Origin: Antedon mediterranea
Lineage: Eukaryota; Animalia; Echinodermata
Assembly (NCBI RefSeq): GCF_964355755.1
Contig: NC_092673.1
Location: 17,047,648-17,111,647 of the forward strand
DNA: 64,000 nucleotides
Direction of reading: 5' to 3'
Shown here one piece after another: positions 47,354-62,330 of this stretch; the stretch's first letter is position 1; every line of letters begins with the position of its first letter. Both the position numbers and the translations under genes were made by a program. The notes beneath the pieces were generated by a model. That model searched no databases and was not told where the DNA came from. It was given only the letters and a program-made list of their open reading frames with translations.

Positions 47354-50300
47354 GGGGGTGTGCGTCATCGTCGCCCCATCGCAAAGTAGCCCCATACAAA
47401 GTCACCCAATACAAAGTCGCCCCATCGCAAAGTCGCCCCATAACAAAGTCGCCCCATCACAAAGTCGCCCCATCGCAAAGTCGCCCACGGTTTTATTTCG
47501 GTATGACTATGAAGCGCCGTCGCTGGTAGTACGCTGTTGTTTTAATCATATCGGTTGCGTTTGATATTGATCGTTACTTTGGTCGCGCTAAATGTCGTAT
47601 ACATTTTAATGTTTATCCTATTATATATGTAGCAGGTCACTCACTCTCCTGGAATTCATGTGGTTTTCCATACTTAACTAATGTAGACTATAGACCAGTG
47701 GCCGTATTCACCAATCTCACTTAGGCTAAGGGAAATACTTACCCTTAAAATTTAAGAATTCCCTTAACAAAGGGAAACACTTAAGGGGTATTCACAAATG
47801 AGTTAAGGGATTCACTTACCTAAGGGAAACACTTAATTTAAGGGTAAAACTTAAGGGTAAAAATAATCATAAATATTCATGAGTTGTCCCATTGTCCAAT
47901 CACAGAGGATTTAATTCCCCTATGGTCCAATCACTTTCCTCTCCAAAACTAATTTGCATATTTAAAAAAAGAGTAAGGGGTTGGGGGGACGGGGAGGATG
48001 AAGAGAAAAATGTATAGACGTGACGATGGCAGTCAAAACAAAAACAAGTAAATAAATATTAAACCTAGACTAATTTGTATGAGGATCAAGAAAAATAGGT
48101 CTAGCCTAGATGCTACTAACAAACCAACATTCTGTGTAGGCCTAAACCTGTCTGTATTGAGGCATATGCATCCTAGGCTGGTTACTGGGCAGACCAACAG
48201 GGGGCCTAGCATCTCTACCTAGCCTACTAGTACTAGAATGGGGCTAATTTCTATTACAACGAAATTGGGCTAATTTCTATTACAACGAAATTGGAAGCCA
48301 TCTTCCACAAAAATAATGGCAGTCAAAACAAAACAAATAAATCAATATATAGGCATAGACTAATTTGTATGGGTGGGGATCAGCAAAAAAAGGTCTAGAT
48401 GCTACTCAAAACCAAACATGAATCCTAGGCTGGTTAGTGGGCAGACCAACAGGCCTAGCATCTCTAACTAGCCTAGACTGGGGCCATCTATAAGTAGGCA
48501 TAGTACTCGCACTTGCAGAATCGTCAGCAAAACCAAGGTACGAATAGAGTTAAGGGAACTTTTAAGGGACCTCTGAGGTCCCTTAAAAGTTAAGGGAAAA
48601 ATAGACCAAGTTAAGGGTTTCCCTTAACCTTAAACCCTTTGTGAATACCACTTAAGTGAAACCCTTAATATTTTCTTGATTTAAGGGAAATCCTTAGGAT
48701 TTAAGGGAAATATCTCACTTAAGTGTGATTGGTGAATACGGCCACTGGGCTGTAACCACTCGGGTGTCAACTCCTAATAATTAATTGCCTTATTCTATGG
48801 AATTGGTAATAACTTACTAATGATTACTTGGGTGTGATCTTAATGGATATACCAGCTCTTGGGAGGGGACAAGGAGGGTCACTGAACTGATAAGTCACCT
48901 CACTGGGCTACTCCTTAAAATAGTCATGTATGTTCTGTAATTAACACTTCTGGTAGATTAACACAATTTGGAAATAACTTGAACTGATAGCTACTTAATC
49001 ACTCTCTGTGTACCTGTATAATGTTGTGAGGTGGTTTCCCGATTAATCGTATGATCAAAACGGTACTGGGTATGATCAACTAGCGTTCGTGTTCCCACCT
49101 AATCATCCATTCATAGAAGTACTGATGAAGATATCAATCTGTGGCGACAATAGAATGGACCCGAGACCTGGCTATCTTCGACTTTTAAATAATAGAAAGT
49201 TGAGAAAAATGTTTTTGTTAAACTAGAAATGTACGTTGTATGTATATAGAAAATGGTTGTAGTTTTCAAAATTACGTTGTATAAGTTGCGATGTGAAAAA
49301 CTGTTATTTGATCGTTAGTTGTCGTGTACATAAAGCAAAAATATAAATAGCCTATTATAATAAAATAAAATAAAAATCGTTAGTAAAACTTTTAAAAAGA
49401 GTAAAGATATAAGGAAGAAAAGCAAAGAGATCATGGAGCGGCTGTACCAGAATATACAACACTAAGTATTGTAAAGTTAAAAACTAAAAATTTAGGCGAT
49501 CTTGTCAAAGGTCAAGCGCCTTCAGCCTGCCACGTTTCGATATTCAATATTGAACTTGACCTGACGTGGTTCCACAATATCTTTATATGAAAATGGTAGA
49601 ATTGATAGAAAATAATAATTCAAAATTTACCTAAAAATGGTTTTGAACTGAATCGATGGATGTCTTGTCGTTGTATGGTTTTGGTTTGGTTTAAAAGTAT
49701 GTTCGATAAAGTGCGTGAGCGTATTAGAATGAAATGCTAGCGTATACAATGTGCGCGATGTCAAGTTGTGTACTGTGTGATACATGTAAATAAAGTACCA
49801 TTGAGAGAATATAACAACAGTCTGTGTCATTTTATATAAAGAGTGCTACATATACATAATTTGTGGTTTAATTTTTATTTTACAGGTTTTAATGGAGTGA
49901 TAGTGAGTGAAATAGTTCCTTGTTTGAAAGTTCTAAAAAGATTATCCCTGATTTATAGTTTCGAAAATGTTATATTTAATATGATTTTAAAATTAGTTAC
50001 GAATCTTTCTTCAACCTACCCGTGGATACCAGCTCATTTTTTAGGATAATAATAATATATAAAATGTATAAATGTGTAGTAGGCCTTCGTATAGATTAGT
50101 TAAAACAATAACAGCGTTGTAAAGACAATGAGTGTTATAGGCTACTTATTGATCATTTTGCATTTATTGACAAGTTATGTGTATATTGTTATTTAATTTT
50201 ATTATGACTTTTCAAAATGAAGAAATAAAAAATACTAAAAAAAAAAAGGATTTCATCGCCGATATGATCGTTTTATACATGCAGGTATTTTAGCAAAATT

Positions 50301-51493
50301 AAAACGCTACATTTTGACCATGGAAAAACCATCATATATACAGTATCGTGTGCGTGTTTTTTAAAAAGGGGAATCCCCGACGGTCAGCAGAAAGACGTAG
50401 CAGCTGTGGGAAAACAGATACCAGAAGGCACAGCTTCGATTGGTTTCAGATTGCGAGTCGCCTTTTATTCGACAGTACAGTGATCATTTTAAGTGTAGAA
50501 ATTCTTTTCAACCCTTTTGGTTATAGAACATTCTAATTATCATGCCTAATAAATATCCTCATATCGGGTGTTTATTTAATTTTAAATTAAACAAGACAGT
50601 GAAGAGGCACGGAATAATACGTACACGGACGTACGACGAATACACACACGCACGCCGTCATCATTGACGACATATAGGCCTAGTGGTGATATATGATGCA
50701 ATTTTATAATGGATAATGATGGGATTGCCTTTCCAGGCTTATAATCAATGTTAACTGTAATACTAATAGTAAACTGAATGTTTATAAATAAATTGTTTTA
50801 CGTAATTTGTTGCATATAAAATAAGACACAGATGTAGCCTATGTTCCGTTCACATTTAAATAATTATGTACGGTTAAATAACATTATGCCGAATAATACT
50901 ATAATCTTAAACTATGTTTACAAATTGTCATTTTTTAAGGCACACATCTTTCTCATCATACACCTGTAAAATAAAAAAAAATAAATAATTAATATAGCCC
51001 TAATAATAATAAATATTCATCGACCAAAGTAAAAATAATCTAGATCGTAACTTCATTTTATCGCGACCAAAATTAAACACGACCGATTTCAAACGCGACT
51101 GATATCATCGTAAAACTCCGGTGGGGTTTCCCCATCTTCAGATGGTGCGTTGTATAGCGCGACAACGGCGGAGTAATTACGGGGGTTTCCCTCTGGTGAG
51201 CTCAGTGATGCGACCGTGGAGTGATTAGTCGGGGGATTCCTCTCTGATGATGGGGGAGCGTGCCGATCGTGTGACCTGAGACTACATGGCGGGGCTTTCC
51301 ATTTTATGCCTACACGTTCTGTGTTATTTTGTGTATCATTGTGACATTTTACGCACTTGTAAACTATTTTAACGTGTTGGGGCGACTTTGCGATGGGGCG
51401 ACTTTGCGATGGGGGCGACTTTGCGATGGGGCGACTTTCCGATGAGGCGACTGTTTTGGGGCGACTTTGCATGGGGCGACTTGACTAGCATCC
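47354..51493. mobile_element. Large non-autonomous TIR element with arrays of AAAGTCGCCCCAT subterminal repeats (MULE-like?)
   Basis: Repeat arrays are inverted between 47370-47490 and 51378-51485. There is an additional inverted match 47548-47595 vs 51055-51105. No clear TSD. Confidence 0.65.
47695..48748. mobile_element. Nested MITE (Harbinger-like) with TTAAGGG subterminal repeats
   Basis: TIR ccagtggccgtattcaccaatc / gattggtgaatacggccactgg, with an internal direct duplication offset by about 290 bp. Confidence 0.8.
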
Positions 51494-52091
51494 AGACCGT
51501 GATCCATGCAAAGTTTAGAAGAAAATAGAGTGCAAAGGCTTTGCCACTATGGCTATGTTGAAAAAAACCCTTATGACATTTTCTTTAAAGAAATTTAATT
51601 TCTTAATTGTAGAAACAAACCCATTTTGAGTAAGAAATAGAAAAATGTGAAACTAGAGAAATAAAAGAGGATAAAATATGTTTTTTAATAATTTTTCTGT
51701 ATATAACATACTCAATGTTTGACAATTTCATAGCTAAAACAATTTTTGTCAGAGATTTTTCTTATGAAAAAAAGTAATTGTTCAGTAGGAGTTGATCAGG
51801 AATTGTGTTTCATTTCGGAATCCTTTTAGCCATGTTTGTTTTTGTATTTGAGAAAAATGTTATGCAGATTGTCAACAAGCTTACATTGAGAAAAACAAGG
51901 GGCCTGATTATTATTAATGACCATTGTGTGTTTGTGTTTACTGTTTGCCTGTTGCCCCTAGATACAGCCAGACAAATCCTATCAAAATCATTATCGTCAG
52001 TTTAATATTAACTTTGTATTTAAACAAAAGATAAAGTAAAAACCATCTGATTGTTTGAAACATGTATAAAGGTTATAGAAATGTTTGGTTA

Positions 52092-55000
52092 TTACTTTAT
52101 GATCCATTTATTAATAGACTAAAATGCACTGCTTCAGCAGGGCTGTTAGTCAGGGTATTTGGATGGGGTATTGTACTACCTTACTTTATGATCCATTTAT
52201 TAATACACTAAATGCACTGCTTCCCCAGGGCTGTTAGTCAGGGTATTTGTGTGTGGTATTGTACTACCTTACTTTATGATCCATTTATTAATAGACTAAA
52301 ATGCACTGCTTCCCCAGGGCTGTTAGTCAGGGTATTTGTGTGGGGTATTGTACTACCTTACTTTATGATCCATTTATTAATAGACTAAAATGCACTGCTT
52401 CCCCAGGGCTGTTAGTCAGGGTATTTGTGTGGTGTATTGTACTACCTTACTTTATGATCCATTTATTAATAGACTAAAATGCACTGCTTCCCCAGGGCTG
52501 TTAGTCAGGGTGTTTGTGTAGGGTATTGTACTACCTTACTTTATGATCCATTTATTAATAGACTAAAATGCACTGCTTCCCCAGGGCTGTTAGTCAGGGT
52601 ATTTGTGTGGGGTATTGTACTACCTTACTTTATGATCCATTTATTAATAGACTAAATGCACTGCTTCCCCAGGGCTGTTAGTCAGGGTATTTGTGTGGGG
52701 TATTGTACTACCTTACTTTATGATCCATTTATTAATAGACTAAAATGCACTCCTTCCCCAGGGCTGTTAGTCAGGGTATTTGTGTGGGTATTGTACTACC
52801 TTACTTTATGATCCATTTATTAATAGATTAAAATGCACTGCTTCCCCAGGGCTGTTAGCCAGGGTATTTGTGTGTGGTATTGTACTACCTTACTTTATGA
52901 TCCATTTATTAATAGACTAAATGCACTGCTTCCCCAGGGCTGTTAGACAGGGTATTTGTGTGGGGTATTGTACTACCTTACTTTATGATCCATTTATTAA
53001 TAGACTAAATGCACTGCTTCCCCAGGGCTGTTAGTCAGGGTGTTTGTGTGGGATATTGTACTACCTTACTTTATGATCCATTTATTAATAGACTAAAATG
53101 CACTGCTTCCCCAGGGCTGTTAGTCAGGGTATTTGTGTGGGTATTGTACTACCTTACTTTATGATCCATTTATTAATAGACTAAATGCACTACTTCCCCA
53201 GGGCTGTTAGACAGGGTATTTGTGTGTGGTATTGTACTACTACCTTACTTTATGATCCATTTATTAATAGACTAAAATGCACTGCTTCCCCAGGGCTGTT
53301 AGACAGGGTATTTGTGTGGGGTATTGTACTACCTTACTTTATGATCCATTTATTAATAGACTAAAATGCACTGCTTCCCCAGGGCTGTTAGTCAGGGTAT
53401 TTGTGTGGGTATTGTACTACCTTACTTTATGATCCATTTATTAATAGACTAAAATGCACTGCTTCCCCAGGGCTGTTAGTCAGGGTATTTGTGTGGGGTA
53501 TTGTACTACCTTACTTTATGATCCATTTATTAATAGACTGAAATGCACTGCTTTCCTAGGGCTGTTAGTCAGGGTGTTTGTGTGGGATATTGTACTACCT
53601 TACTTTATGATCCATTTATTAATAGACTAAAATGCACTGCTTCCCCAGGGCTGTTGTTAGTCAGGGTATTTGTGTGTGGTATTGTACTACCTTACTTTAT
53701 GATCCATTTATTAATAGACTAAAATGCACTGCTTCCCCAGGGCTGTTAGTCAGGGTATTTGTGTGGGGTATTGTACTACCTTACTTTATGATCCATTTAT
53801 TAATAGACTAAAATGCACTGCTTCCCCAGGGCTGTTGTTAGTCAGGGTATTTGTGTGTGGTATTGTACTACCTTACTTTATGATCCATTTATTAATAGAC
53901 TAAAATGCACTGCTTCCCCAGGGTTGTTAGTCAGGGTATTTGTGTGGGGTATTGTACTACCTTACTTTATGATCCATTTATTAATAGACTAAAATGCACT
54001 GCTTCCCAGGGCTATTAGTCAGGGTATTTGTGTGGGGTATTGTACTACCTTACTTTATGATCCATTTATTAATAGACTAAAATGCACTGCTTCCCCAGGG
54101 CTGTTAGTCAGGGTATTTGTGTGGGGTATTGTACTACCTTACTTTATGATCCATTTATTAATAGACTAAAATGCACTGCTTCCCCAGGGCTGTTAGTCAG
54201 GGTATTTGTGTGAGGTATTGTACTACCTTACTTTATGATCCATTTATTAATAGACTAATATGCACTGCTTCCCCAGGGCTGTTAGTCAGGGTATTTGTGT
54301 GTGGTATTGTACTACCTTACTTTATGATCCATTTATTAATAGAATGCACTGCTTCCCAGGGCTATTAGTCAGGGTATTTGTGTGGGGTATTGTACTACCT
54401 TACTTTATGATCCATTTATTAATAGACTAAAATGCACTGCTTCCCAGGGCTGTTAGTCAGGGTATTTGTGTGTGGTATTGTACTACCTTACTTTATGATC
54501 CATTTATTAATAGACTAAATGCACTGCTTCCCCAGGGCTGTTAGTCGGGGTATTTTACTACCTTACTTTATGATCCATTTATTAATAGACTAAAATACAC
54601 TGCTTCCCCAGGGCTGTTAGTCAGGGTATTTGTGTGGGTATTGTACTACCTTACTTTATGATCCATTTATTAATAGACTAAAATACACTGCTTCCCCAGG
54701 GCTGTTAGTCAGGGTATTTGTGTGGGGTATTGTACTACCTTACTTTATGATCCATTTATTACTAGACTAATATGCACTGCTTCCCCAGGGCTGTTAGTCA
54801 GGGTATTTGTGTGGGGTATTGTACTACCTTACTTTATGATCCATTTATTAATAGACTAAATGCACTGCTTCCCCAGGGCTGTTAGTCAGGGTATTTGTGT
54901 GGGGTATTGTACTACCTTACTTTATGATCCATTTATTAATAGACTAAAATGCACTGCTTCCCCAGGGCTGTTAGTCAGGGTATTTGTGTGGGTATTGTAC

Positions 55001-56401
55001 TACCTTACTTTATGATCCATTTATTAATAGATTAAAATGCACTGCTTCCCCAGGGCTGTTAGCCAGGGTATTTGTGTGTGGTATTGTACTACCTTACTTT
55101 ATGATCCATTTATTAATAGACTAAATGCACTGCTTCCCCAGGGCTGTTAGTCAGGGTATTTGTGTGGGGTATTGTACTACCTTACTTTATGATCCATTTA
55201 TTAATAGACTAAAATGCACTGCTTCCCCAGGGCTGTTAGTCAGGGTATTTGTGTGGGTATTGTACTACCTTACTTTATGATCCATTTATTAATAGACTAA
55301 AATGCACTGCTTCCCCAGGGCTGTTAGTCAGGGTATTTGTGTGTGGTATTGTACTACCTTACTTTATGATCCATTTATTAATAGACTAAATGCACTACTT
55401 CCCCAGGGCTGTTAGTCAGGGTATTTGTGTGGGGTATTGTACTACCTTACTTTATGATCCATTTATTAATAGACTAAAATGCACTGCTTCCCCAGGGCTG
55501 TTAGTCAGGGTATTTGTGTGGGTATTGTACTACCTTACTTTATGATCCATTTATTAATAGACTAAAATGCACTGCTTCCCCAGGGCTGTTAGTCAGGGTA
55601 TTTGTGTGGGGTATTGTACTACCTTACTTTATGATCCATTTATTAATAGACTAAAATGCACTGCTTTCCTAGTCAGGGTGTTTGTGTGGGATATTGTACT
55701 ACCTTACTTTATGATCCATTTATTAATAGACTAAAATGCACTGCTTCCCCAGGGCTGTTGTTAGTCAGGGTATATGTGTGGGGTATTGTACTACCTTACT
55801 TTATGATCCATTTATTAATAGACTAAAATGCACTGCTTCCCCAGGGCTGTTAATCAGGAGTATTTGTGTGTGGTATTGTACTACCTTACTTTATGATCCA
55901 TTTATTAATAGACTAAAATGCACTGCTTCCCCAGGGCTGTTAGTCAGGGTATTTGTGTGGGGTATTGTACTACCTTACTTTATGATCCATTTATTAATAG
56001 ACTAAAATGCACTGCTTCCCCAGGGCTGTTAGTCAGGGTATTTGTGTGGGGTATTGTACTACCTTACTTTATGATCCATTTATTAATAGACTAAAATGCA
56101 CTGCTTCCCCAGGGCTGTTAGTCAGGGTATTTGTGTGGGGTATTGTACTACCTTACTTTATGATCCATTTATTAATAGACTAAAATGCACTGCTTCCTCA
56201 GGGCTGTGTTAGACAGGGTATTTGTGTGGGGTATTGTACTACCTTACTTTATGATCCATTTATTAATAGACTAAAATGCACTGCTTCCCCAGGGCTGTTA
56301 ATCAAGGGTATTTGTGTGGGGTATTGTACTACCTTACTTTATGATCCATTTATTAATAGACTAAAATGCACTGCTTCCTCAGGGCTGTTAGACAGGGTAT
56401 T
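52092..56401. repeat. 89-bp tandem satellite (about 48 copies)
   Basis: Unit ttactttatgatccatttattaatagactaaaatgcactgcttccccagggctgttagtcagggtatttgtgtggggtattgtactacc. Confidence 0.95.
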
Positions 56402-56722
56402 TGTTAAGGTTGTAGGATTGTGAGCCATATCGATAACAGTATTTGACGCAGATACAAAATGTTCTATCTAGAACTATAATAATTTTATTGTAATAAACTA
56501 TACAAAGTACACATCTACACAGTAGGAATAAATATGGAAGAGTGATTCACATAGAAGAATGTTATCATCTTAAGGAGTGAGCAAAGCAATGACGGATTGC
56601 TTTGTGGGGGACAGTTCCGGTATATCATCTATTTCTTAGAACAGGAACTTTCACTTATCTATAGGTGAATGACCAGTAGGCTATTGGTAACATTTATTGT
56701 ACAATGAGAGCACATGTTAACA
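56402..56722 (-). repeat. copia 3' LTR (about 321 bp)
   Basis: TGTTAA...TTAACA inverted termini, preceded on the minus strand by the polypurine tract aagtgggag. Confidence 0.75.
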
Positions 56723-58357
56723 CTCCCACTTGTTCTCATTTTTCTTAATTTTGTAGTAATACTAATAATATTAAAAATCAAATATAATACAACATGCATA
56801 TTCATCAAATTATAAAAGTATAAAAATGTTTCTCTAATTTACCATATTAATTTTATAAAATGTATTACCTTATTACATTGTGCAGTGTGTGTATCACAAC
56901 ACATCATTGTCCAAAAATAAAATTCTTAAATTTACTTAACTTTAATTTTGTTGCTGGCTTAGTCATAATATCAGCAACCATTTCAGCTGTTGGACAGTAA
57001 ACAACATTTATTTTACCATCATTTAATACATTTCGTATGAAGTGATATCGGATGTCAATGTGCTTGGACCTTTGTCGACTTACTGGGTTTTTAGTTAAGG
57101 CAATTGTGCCTTGATTATCTTCAAAAATTTGAATAGGCCCATATTGATATCCGCTAACAATTCCATCTAATAGTTGTATAAGGTACAAACATTCCTGAGT
57201 TGTTGCAGCTAGTGCCATGTATTCAGATTCACATGATGACAGTGCTACTGTGGTTTGCTTCTTTGATTTCCATGAAATAAGTGGACCACAATTATTTAAA
57301 CTAAAACAGTAGCCAGTAGTACTAGTCTGTCCTCTGGGGATGATGTCCAATCAGCATCACTATAAGCCATCAATCTTAAATTTTCAGAGCACTTACTGTA
57401 ACACAACTCATGATTAATTGTACCTTTGAGATACCTTAACACATGTTTAGCTGCCACCCTGTTCAATTTTTGGATTTGACAAATATTGTGACAACTTTGT
57501 AACTATCCAGCCTATATCTGGCCGGGTACATGTCATAGCATAAATTAAACTACCTACAACTTCATGATATTTTGTAGGGTCAATGGCCTCCTGACTATTA
57601 CATTCTAGTTTCTGTTCACATGGAGTAGACCTTGGTTTACAATCGGTCATTCCAAATTTGTCTAGCATTTTTGCTATATATCGACTTTGATTCATTTTTA
57701 CGAAAACTTTGGATTGTTTAAAATCAATACCAAGCAAATATGAAAGTTTACCAAGATCTTTCATATGAAATTTAGTTTTTAACATTTCTTTAACATTTGT
57801 CATCATGGACTCATTACTTGTCTTCAATAATTAAATCATCAACCCATATGAGTAGTACAATCATCTCATTTTCTAAATATTTAGTGTACACAGTGATCAA
57901 CAGGGTTTTGTACAAAATTATTTTCACATAGAAAAGTATGCAATACATTGTTCCAATTTCTGCCAGATTGTTTCACACCATACAATGATTTATTTAATTT
58001 GTATACTAACTTTTTGTTAGAATTTGTAGGGACTTCAAAACCCTCTGTTTGCTCCATATAAATTTCACAGTCAGTTGGAGCATTAAGATAAGCAGTTTTC
58101 ACATCCATCTGATGTAAAATCAGATCATGTTGTGCTGCAATTTGCATCAAAATACGTACGGATGTCATACTGGCAGTTGGAGCAAATGTTTCATTATAAT
58201 CTACACCTCTTATTTGGCTATACCCTTTTGCAACATATCTTGCCTTATAGTTCTTTGAACCATCGGCAGTTTCTTTAGTAGTGTACACCCATCGTCCTCC
58301 CACTGAATTCATACCTGTGGGTAGGGTAGTTAAAGTGAATGTGTTATTTTCCTTAAG

Positions 58358-60549
58358 TCAAGTCAAGTCAAGTCAAGTATCATTTATTATCATTTGTTTT
58401 AGGAAAAACATAGACATTCTGTTTGCTCTGTTGGCGGAGCACAATATCCAACGGACACAACACGAACTCAAAAACAAAAACATTACAAAAAAAAAGTCTA
58501 CATCATATTTAAGGCTCTAATAGATCCTGGAAAGAAACTATTTGTAAATCGTGCCTTATTGGCCTTAATAGAACGAAATCGCCGACCGCTGCGCATCAAC
58601 TGGAACATACTAGAGGCCGGATGAAAATGATCATCTTTGATAGCCACTGCCTTTTTCAGAAGACGATCCGAAAATATGTTCTCCAAAGGCAGTTGTGTAG
58701 ATCCAATTATACGCGATGCGGTCTTGACTATTCTATTTAGGTCACGCTTTTCATTTTCGGTAGCGCTACCGAACCATACCGTTAAAGAATACGTTATTAC
58801 ACTCTCTATAACTGACCTATAGAAGGACGACATTATTTCAGAGTTTATACCAAATGATTTAAGTCTACGTAGGAAGTAGATTCTTCTTTGGGCCTTTCTA
58901 ATAATGTTACGTGTGTTAATATGCCACTTCAGATCATTTGAAATATAAATACCCAAGAATTTAAATTCTTCTACAAACTCAACTGATATACCATTAATAA
59001 ATATTGGATATTTGACATTAAGTGATTTACGGAAATCAACAACCATTTCTTTAGTCTTAGATACATTCAAGAACAGATTGTTTTCGTTACACCAGTCTAC
59101 AACTCGTTTAACTTGGTTGCGATAATTAGACTCATCACTGTCATCATTGATTAGACCTACAATGGTAGTATCATCCGCAAATTTAGCGATGTGACAGTTA
59201 CTGTAGTAGGTAACACAGTCATAGGTAAATAAAGTAAAAAGAAAAGGCGACAGTACACAGCCCTGTGGTACACCTGTATTTATAATACGCTTATCTGATA
59301 TAATGGTACCCACTTTAGTACGTTGGGGTCGATCAGTTAAAAAGTTTAACACCCAGTTACATATAGAAATATCGAAACCGATTTCAACCATCTTAGTGTG
59401 TAACTTATACGGTACAATCGTATTAAATGCTGAACTAAAATCTATATATAAAATCCTAGCATATCTTTTATCACGTTCGAGATGCTCTAAGATCCTATGC
59501 AAAGTGATCGATACAGCATCTTCGGTAGACCGGTTTGGTCTATAGGCGAACTGATATTGGTCAAGATCTCGAGGACACTTGGCCTTTAGGTAATTAAGGA
59601 CTATATGTTCAAAGCATTTCATCAGAACCGATGTTAATGTTATAGGTCGATAATCATTCAGGGTTTCGATTGGGGAACGTTTCGGAATTGGAACTATTAT
59701 AGAATCTTTAAAACATCGCGGAATAATTTGAGATATAAGAGAGAAATTGAAAATGTATGTAAAAATATGGGCAATCTGTTTGCAACAATGTTTAACAAGC
59801 ATAGGGGATATACCGTCTGGACCAGCTGACTTATTTGACTTACATCTACTAAACTCAATACAAGTATTCTCTTCAAGAACAACTAACGGTACATCATTAC
59901 CATTTTCATAATTATTGTCCTCATGGAGAGGGGGAGTGTCAAAACGACTGAAGAAATCATTCAGTCGTTGGGGTAGGTCATCATTTGAGTTAATTTTATC
60001 AGATTTTGGTTTGTAGTTAGTTATTTTATTTAAGCTTTTCCATAACTCTCTGGAATCGCCGGAAGATATATCTTCCTCTAACCTATTTTTTATTCTTTCT
60101 TGGCTTTATTTATTCCCTTTCTTAACTCGTATTTTGATTTCTTAAATAGATCCTTATCATTTGATCTGAAAGCCCTGTCTCTATTTCGTATCAGATCCTT
60201 AATAGACTTATTAAACCATGGGTTTTGATTTGGATATATCTTAACTACGTCTTTATCAATACATTTGTCCTGGCAGAATTTAATATATGAAATAACGGAT
60301 TCAGTACATAAGTTAATGTCCGAACTGTCCTTAAAAGCATTCCAGTCTGTACAATCAAAGCAGCCTTGTAGTTTCATAATATTATCCGGTGTCCATTTGC
60401 TAATCATGCGTGATTTGACAGCCTCGCGCTTGAACTGACATCTGTATCGTGGTATCATGTAAATTAGGTTGTGGTCGGACTCGCCAAGTGGAGGTCGCTT
60501 TAGTGACCTGTAAGCATCTTTAATTGTTGTATAACAATGATCCAAGATG
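58358..60549 (-). mobile_element. 5'-truncated Rex1/Babar-type LINE inserted into copia pol
   Basis: End of APE domain (LDHCY...LGESDH) and a 434-aa RT ORF (LNDYRPITLTS, QFAYRPNRSTEDA, DFSSAFNTI, GVPQG, FADD, NSFFP..IR.LN). (CTTGA)n 3' tail and TTAAG TSD. Confidence 0.9.
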
Positions 60550-62330
60550 TTAAGGGATTTCATTTCGTCTGCCATTGCAGTTTGCCAATAGTTTGACTCT
60601 GGTGAATTAATAGCTTCCCTAAAAGTTTGAGGAAACTCTGAAATTTTGTAGCAATAATCAATATTGGATAATAATTGGTCATTATTGTCCTCTAACTAAA
60701 TCGGTAGCATAATCCTCAAGATACGCTGGAGGTTTTCTCTCCCGCCTTGGATACCTTACATTTTCGTTACCCAATTAATTAATTACCCTTTGATCCTCAG
60801 GCTGGGGTCCTAGATTGGATGGATCAGCAGTCTCCTGTATCCGATCAATATGAGATGAATTAACAGTTTTACCCTTATTGGAATCTAATGGAATGTAATC
60901 GTCATCTTCGGTTTCTGTTTGGAATCTGTTGCTCAACATTCTTATTTGTGTTAAATTTAACAATTCTATATTTCATTATCTTTCTACTCTCAGGGAAATA
61001 TACTAAATAAGCCGGGCTGTACTTATCATATCCAACAAATATACCCTTAATACAACGATCATCTAATTTACTTTTGTCTTGCTTGTATGCATAACATTCA
61101 GATCCAAATACTCCCATGTTGGACAAATTGGGTTTTCGACCCGTCATCATAAAATATGGAGTTTGTTGCACACGATTGTTAAAACATCGATTACGTATAT
61201 ATGCCGCAGTTAGAATTGCATATGGCCAAAAATCTTTGCCTAAATTTGACTGTGCAATCAAACATCTACCCATCTCAAATAATGTTCGCCAGTTTCGTTC
61301 GGCAGTCTCATTTTGGTGAGGGGAGTAGGGTGCAGAAGTATCGTGTCTTATACGATTCTTTGTAAGGAGTGAGTTAAACTCCTTTGAAGTGAACTCGGAA
61401 CCATTGTCTGATCTAATACACTTTACATTTCCCAGTAGGGAAGAGTCTGCCAGAAACCTTTCTGTGGCAGATATAGTGTCACTTTTATTTTTCAAGAAGT
61501 ATACAAACACAGCTCCTGAATAATCATCTGTAAATGATATGGCATACTTAAATCCCTCTCTAGAGACTGGGTTAATTGGTCCAGCCAAATCGGTGTGGAC
61601 CAATTCTAAGAGTTTGTTTGCACGGACATCAGGCTTTCTATTTCTACTTTGCGTCATTTTACTAATAGTGCATATCACAAATTTTGGATTTATCACCTCT
61701 TCCCTGTATGTTCATACCATCTACTACATTAGGTAGTTTCAATATATCATCATAATTACAGTGCCCTAAAACATTGTGCCTACTTTGTAGGTCACAAGTC
61801 ATATTAACTGAATCATCATTACAAGTATTTAAATAATATAATCTATTTTCCTTTACAATATTGAAAATAGAGCCATTAGGAGCCTTAAGTTGGGCTGAAT
61901 ATTTTTCAAAATTAATTTGTGCTCCCTTATTGGCCGCAGCCTGAACTGACAAAATATCTTGTTTATATGAGGGAACATATAAAGCATTTTCAAGAGTGAC
62001 TTTGTGTTGATTGCCATTTATATCATATATTAGAGCATTAGCATCTCCCTTACCAATGACTACCCCATTTGTTTTAGTACCATTAGCCAATTCTATGAAA
62101 TGGGTTTCTGGATTGAAGCTCTTATCAAGGTTTATAAATTTTGATTTATCATTTATGATATGGGATGTTGCCCCGCAATCTACTAATAAATTAACATTAC
62201 ATAAATTACTATTAATACTTGCTTTGAATGCAACTTCAACTCCATCCAGATGGGCTAGCAGAAAATGAGTGGACCATAATTCATAATGTTCTGCTTCCCC
62301 GTCAAAATAAAGTCGTTAGAGCTTGTGATG

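Noticed and set aside
52092-56423. ORFs or CRISPR-like structure in the 89-bp array
   Set aside because: Pure tandem repeat with small indels and no spacer diversity.
60090-60575. Stand-alone 161-aa gene
   Set aside because: It is a chance in-frame junction of copia pol (MADEMKSL) and the truncated LINE.
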